Part shown: positions 58,560 to 64,000 of the stretch, in pieces
Layout of the letters: the number at the start of each line of letters is the position of its first letter
How positions within the stretch are numbered: the first letter of the stretch is position 1
Origin: Octopus vulgaris
Lineage: Eukaryota
DNA: 64,000 nt
Assembly: GCA_951406725.2 (NCBI GenBank)
Contig: OX597824.1
Coordinates: forward strand, 65,844,001-65,908,000
Direction of reading: 5' to 3'
Translations under genes and position numbers: made by a program
The notes under the pieces: model-generated
The model's input: the letters and a program-made list of their open reading frames with translations, nothing else
What the model was told of the DNA's origin: nothing
Databases searched by the model: none

Positions 58560-59146
58560 GGCGCAGGAGTGGCTGTGTGGTAAGTAGTTTGCTTACCAAC
58601 CACATGGTTCTGGGTTCAGTCCCACTGCTTGGCACCTTGGGTAAGTGTCTTCTACTATAGCCTTGGACCGACCAAAGCCTTGTGAGTGGATTTGGTAGAT
58701 GGAAACTGAAAGAAGCTCGTCATATATATGTGTATATATATATATATATATCTTTATATATAAAAGTGAGGTTGTGTGCTGTCTGTCTCCTACGATTTAG
58801 ATTCCTAACTACTCCCACATTTTGCGGTGCAGTTTAACCAAAACCGGGTATCTTATAGTTGTGATTCATATCGAGTCCTTCTGGGTATTAGCGCGCGTCT
58901 ACGATGAGTCTACGATTTAAAAAAAGATTTACCATCAGTTTTTCCCATTTTTAATGCATTTTTGGCATATATAAGGGAAGTAACTCTCTAAAAATTTATT
59001 ATTAAATCTCAGAACGTAAAAAGCTACTGTAACCCCCCCCCCTTTGTGGTTAGCCATATTGAGATGGCTATTATACTTTACATCTCTAAAAATGCTTATA
59101 TAGTTAGTTCCTTTACAAACCCGAGCAACGCCGGGTGATACTGCTA

Positions 59147-59178
<32 letters not shown>

Positions 59179-59414
59179 GTATGTGTGTGTATATGTTTGT
59201 GTGTCTGTGTTTGTCCCCCCCAACATTGCTTGACAACTGATGCTGGTGTGTTTACATCCCCATAACTTAGCGGTTCGGCAAAAGAGACTGATATAATAAG
59301 TATTAGGCTTACAAAGAATAAGTTCTGGGGTCAATTTGCTCAACTAAAGGCGGTGCTCCAGCATGGCCACATTCAAATGACTGAAACAAGTGAAAGAGAA
59401 AAGAAAGTAAAGAG
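58560..59414 (+). mobile_element. OK-like SINE split by a Helitron insertion
   Basis: Head 58560-58711, central (TA)n, body and tail 59170-59414, colinear with 15959-16327. Confidence 0.88.
58751..59147 (+). mobile_element. Non-autonomous Helitron, 397 bp
   Basis: 5' A|TC, subterminal hairpin ACCCGAGCAACGCCGGGT (59119-59136), 3' CTAG|T, no TSD. These are the canonical Helitron hallmarks. Confidence 0.85.
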
Positions 59415-59963
59415 ATATGCATATTCAAGCACACATATTCTCTTTTGTACTCACGCAGAGAAGTATATTTATACACACACACATATACATATTATCAGTA
59501 TGCCATATCTGTGTACACTTACCATTATGCTGTATATGCACGTGCAAGCAAGCATTTACATGTTTTCTTTTACTTTCTCTCTTTTCATACATGCATTCAA
59601 AGAAACATATTCCTCTACACGCTTTCAGCTTAGACATGTACTACATACATGCTAAAATGATTCATGCATGCCGATACACACACATGCACATGCAAGTCAT
59701 CAGTGTATCATCATCATCATTATTGCTTCTACAGCCTGGGCTGGACATAACTTCTTGAGGTAGTATTCTGAATGTGCTTCCTGATACCAACCCTTACTTA
59801 CCTTCAAGTGAGGAACTGTACTCCAATGGTATGTGTGTTGAATCACCAAGCAGGACATTTTGTTTTTGGGGATCATGAACAAATGTCACTGCTGCCTGAG
59901 CTGTGTTAATGTGAAGGCATGCATAGACAAACATACAAACACATGTATATGTAGATTCACTTA

Positions 59964-60000
<37 letters not shown>

Positions 60001-60168
60001 CACACATGTATATGTATATATGCATACATATACATATGACATGTACAAACTAATTCTTCTAATTCCAAAGGCAAAGCCTCTATGTGATTGTTGAATTTGC
60101 TAGAAATAGTTGTCAGATTTTATAAATTGCACCATAACATCTTGAAAATATAAGGACACATTGTATAT

Positions 60169-60469
60169 CACGTGACCGACCAGGCTATCAGATGTTGTTA
60201 CACATCGCTGGTCACAATGCGCTTCACATTGTTTTAGCCTTCAAATGATGCCACCCCGCTGGCTAAGCGAGCAGGCCAACAGAAGAAAGAGTGAGAGAAA
60301 GTTGTGGCGAAAGAGTACAGCAGGGATCGCCACCACCCCCTGCTGGAGCCTTGTGGAGCTTTTTAGGTGTTTTCGCTCAATAAACACTCACAACACCTGG
60401 TCTGGGAATTGAAACCGCGATCCTACGACCGCGAGTCCGCTTCCCTAACCACTGGGCCATTGTGCCTCC
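60169..60469 (-). mobile_element. tRNA-derived SINE (same family as 6643-6951), full length
   Basis: Reverse complement of 6643-6945. 13-bp TSD ACACATT(G/A)TATAT at 60156-60168 and 60470-60482. Confidence 0.88.
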
Positions 60470-60939
60470 ACACATTATATATACTGTCCTAAATATATCT
60501 AGGATGTATGCTTGAAAATAAGATTGAATGGTCATGGCTAGAATGTCTTTGACCATAGATCTGCTTAATCAAAGATGAACTGGAGCTAAACAATGAGTAA
60601 TTCTGTTTTATCTCTTTCCTCTCTCCTCGTCTCTCTCTCACACATATATTCAAAGAAGTATGTATAAGTGTATTGTAATATTTGGGAATATATATATATA
60701 TGCGAGTATGGAGAACAGATGTTAAATGATTATATATATATATCACCGTGATAAGATATATAAGTACCTTTATTATACATAATGATTATACATCCATAAA
60801 AACATATATGTAGTTGTAAATATTTATAGACATACATACACACATGCATGCATGCACACATATACACACTTGAATAACTGATATATTTTTAGATTGGATT
60901 CCAGTTTGATTTAAAATCTGGCAATTCCATATATTTTAA

Positions 60940-61440
60940 GATGATGTGTTTGTTGTAGTTGTGGTCGACACCAGCAACTGTGAACTATTTCAAGTCTGAT
61001 CAGGACTAAAGCTGGGATATGTAACCACCCAATATTCTTCATCATTGTCATCAACCTACCTCCTATGCAACTTTGCTTAACAAGATATCTATACATTTCC
61101 TCGTTAAGTTCCAAAAAAACAGATGACAAACTATTTGCAAAAAATCCTTACTATTTTCAGTCTGTATACGATACATGAAGCATGGATTAACCATCTACTT
61201 CAAGAAGATTCAAATCCTCTACTGTTACCAATTTTGATAAATCAGATACAGCCATCAGTTTGATTTGACCTAGAAAACATTAGTCATTTTCTGTATTGTG
61301 GCAGTCACCTCTCCTTCAGTGTCAGAGTAGTGGTGATTCTGAAACTTAAGTACACATTGGAAACCAGGATAACATATTAACATTTGAAAGTATCCAGAGG
61401 CTGTCTTTGAAGCAAAAATTGGCTGAGAAGACAGAAGAAC
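60940..61440 (+). mobile_element. Highly degenerate RTE reverse transcriptase fragment
   Basis: Remnants KHGLTIYFKKIQIL (FGLTISxKKT-like) and LENISHFLYCGSHLS (LE.V..F.YLGS-like). Confidence 0.5.
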
Positions 61441-61674
61441 AAACATTAGGTTGCCGGATGAAGTAAAACAACTAGCATTAAACTAGCATTAAAGCTTTCC
61501 TCATCAAGAACAAGCTTTAAATGGAGTGGTTGTGTTCTTTGAATGAAAGACAAACATGCACCAATGAAAATTTTTTACTCTCAGCTTTAAGACAGCAAAT
61601 AATAAAATAAAGCAAAATTTTAAAATTTAATTAGAACTAATTAGAGTTAGGGAGTCTGAAGCTGTAGTACTGTA

Positions 61675-61945
61675 TTTGTGTGTGTGTGTCCGTCCCCTTG
61701 TTTTGACATTGCATGATAGTATTTGTAAACAAGTGTCACCATCATACAAGAGGTGTTATTTGTTTCCAATCTTCTATGAAAAACATTTTTAATCACAGGG
61801 TAATATTACTTTGCTTTGAAAATGCGAAGGTTAGTGATAAGAAAGGCATCTGGCCCTAGAAAATCTGCCTTAGCAAATTTCCTCTGAACCATGCAGGTGT
61901 AGAAAAGTGGATATTAAAATGTTGTTGTTGATAATGATGATGGTG
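61675..61945 (+). mobile_element. Degenerate SINE body with RTE-type tail
   Basis: Colinear with 55-332. Confidence 0.55.
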
Positions 61946-62741
61946 ATTATAGACACCAGTTCAAATAGGTCCACTTTACAGTACATAGTTTGAGATCTGA
62001 GATGAAAAGGATGGCGCTTTATAAGTGTAACTGCTCACAGTTACTTGACAAATGCTAGTCAGTGGAATCCACATTCCTTTTTTCCAAATCAAATTGTTGT
62101 TTACAATATCTAATTAATATTATCCCAAATGTTAATAGTCTGATGAATGATAGTCTCATTAATGATGACCTCTCTCATTTAATTTTAGTAGATGTGTTGA
62201 TATTATAAATACTGTTGTTTTAGCACTACTGGCTTTAGGGAGTGCTATTGATGGAAGGAGCTGACAATAAGTTCCAGTTGGCACTTGATAAAGGGAGTGC
62301 TTTTCACTATAATCTATATGTGTATTGATTATTATATATTTATTGCCTCCCAGTTATTTTATGCTAGTAACAGCAGTGTGTGAGGGGGGGGGGTGACGGC
62401 AAAGCTGTTATCTATTGGCTGTATCTTATTAAACATTATCAACTAAAATGAGAAGTGTGAAAATGTTCCTAGAGGTGGTTGTTTTTTTTGTTTTATTTTA
62501 TGTTTTATATATTCTCCTTCATCATTCTGCAGTTTTCTGCCTGCACCAAATGTGTATATGTATAGTATACACACATGTATGCATTTATATGTGTGTATGT
62601 ATGTCTGTGTTTGTGTATATGTATGTTAATATTTCTTGTTTTGCAGGATTAGTCATCTCTACTTATTGAGATAGCCAATCCATGATTCAAACATAAGTAA
62701 AGCATGCCTCAGTCTGATAGCTTTGTGTGTGTACACACATG

Positions 62742-62773
<32 letters not shown>

Positions 62774-63078
62774 TGCACACACACACACACACACACTCTC
62801 TCTTTGCCATGTGTTGGTCAGTGTTAGGCAGGACCAATGGCTGATATTCATTCAAGCCAAGGAGACAAAGATAAACATGTAAATTTTATTGAATTTCTGA
62901 AAACTGGTGTTCAACATTTAAGGCATATACATTTTGGAAGAATTATTGTGCAGTTTCAATGATATGTTTAAAAGAATAGGATCCATAAACTCGAGAAACT
63001 TCATGTAAGGTTTTAAAAAATTTGTTCATACCTTCCCCTAGAAACAAACACAAATCTTTTTCCGTTTTTAAAGAAGAC

Positions 63079-63205
63079 AGGTGCAGCCATGGCTGTTAAT
63101 AAGGAGTTTGCTTCCCACTACGTGGCACCTTGGGCAAGTATCTTCAACAAAGCTGATCAAAGCTTTGTGAGTGGATTTGGTAGACAGAAACTGAAAGAAG
63201 CCTGT
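63079..63205 (+). mobile_element. OK-like SINE head, deleted
   Basis: GGCACCTTGGGCAAGT...GTGAGTGGATTTGGTAGACAGAAACTGAAAGAAGCC. Confidence 0.7.
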
Positions 63206-63221
63206 TAAATAATGTGTGTAT

Positions 63222-63540
63222 GAGTCATCTTCGTAGTCATAAAACGAGACAGATGAGTGACAACCTGGCCACTGGTGGTGGTGTAACGCACCATACTAAT
63301 CATATCTGTCGGGCATGTGGAAGAGAGTGTATTCGGTAGGAGGACTTAAACGACATGCAAAGGTACATGAAGCCCAGTTACAACTGCAGCCGGCTATTAC
63401 CAGTAAAGGTTTTAGTTGCTAATTTTGTACAAGACGTTGTAGATCTTTAGCTGGGCTAAAAAGTCACATTCGATCACAGCACCAGTAACAGTTAAGTTTC
63501 GTGCAATGGCCATACTCGATAACGAGGGGGCAGCCATAAT
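63222..63540 (+). mobile_element. LINE (RTE-like) 3' end with tandem C2H2 zinc-finger remnants
   Basis: SHLRSH...HICRACGREC..GLKRHAKVH...FSC*FCTRRCRSLAGLKSHIRSQH*, then a short tail into (TA)n. Confidence 0.6.
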
Positions 63541-63545
63541 GTGTG

Positions 63546-63580
<35 letters not shown>

Positions 63581-63705
63581 TTTAAAAAGTTGAATGTGAA
63601 TTTGTCCTTTAATTGGAGTAGTTTCCAAAAGATTTCTAATGTTGTTTCTTCATAATTTACTTTGAATTTACAGGTGTAAATTAGTGTAGATATGAAAAGT
63701 TATAT

Positions 63706-64000
63706 ACTCTTTCTCTTTACTTGTTTCAGTCATTTGACTGTGGCCATGCTGGAGCACTGCCTTTAGTTGAGCAAATCGACCCCAGGTCTTATTCTTTGTA
63801 AGCCTAGTACTTATTCTATCGTTCTCTTTTGCCAAACCACTAAGTTACGGGGATGTAAACACACCAGCATTGGTTGTCAAGCGATGTTGGGGGGACAAAC
63901 ACAGACACACAAACATATACACACACACATGCGTATATACATATATATGACAGGCTTCTTTCAGTTTCCGTCTTCCAAATCCACTCACAAGGCTTTGGTC
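63706..64000 (-). mobile_element. OK-like SINE (3' part; runs off the window)
   Basis: Reverse complement of 16040-16327 and 59170-59414. Confidence 0.88.

Overview
AT-rich, repeat-saturated eukaryotic DNA, most likely from an octopod (coleoid) genome. That assignment is inferred from tRNA-derived SINEs resembling the octopus OR and OK families. No intact cellular gene is visible. About 18 kb is compound (TA)n/(TATG)n microsatellite (26.8-39.5, 44.0-44.85, 49.8-53.2, 53.9-55.1 kb), which produces all the long Y/I/M/C/H ORFs. The rest holds CR1-like LINEs (one near full length at ~44.85-49.78 kb), RTE fragments, several SINE families (three copies with clear target-site duplications), a decayed mariner, piggyBac-like and fold-back MITEs, a non-autonomous Helitron nested in a SINE, a 2.39-kb tandem duplication and a 100-N gap. 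Most notable signals: (1) a chain of decayed minus-strand exons (25.8 kb to 4.3 kb) resembling an ionotropic glutamate receptor-type N-terminal domain, with the first two exons tandemly duplicated; (2) a CR1-like LINE and a SINE sharing a covarying 3' stem-loop and sitting in (TA)n; (3) a minimal Penelope-type hammerhead ribozyme motif inside a 43-bp hairpin; (4) LINE ORF1 regions overwritten by TATATA, probably an assembly artefact. All homology calls were made by eye and need database confirmation.
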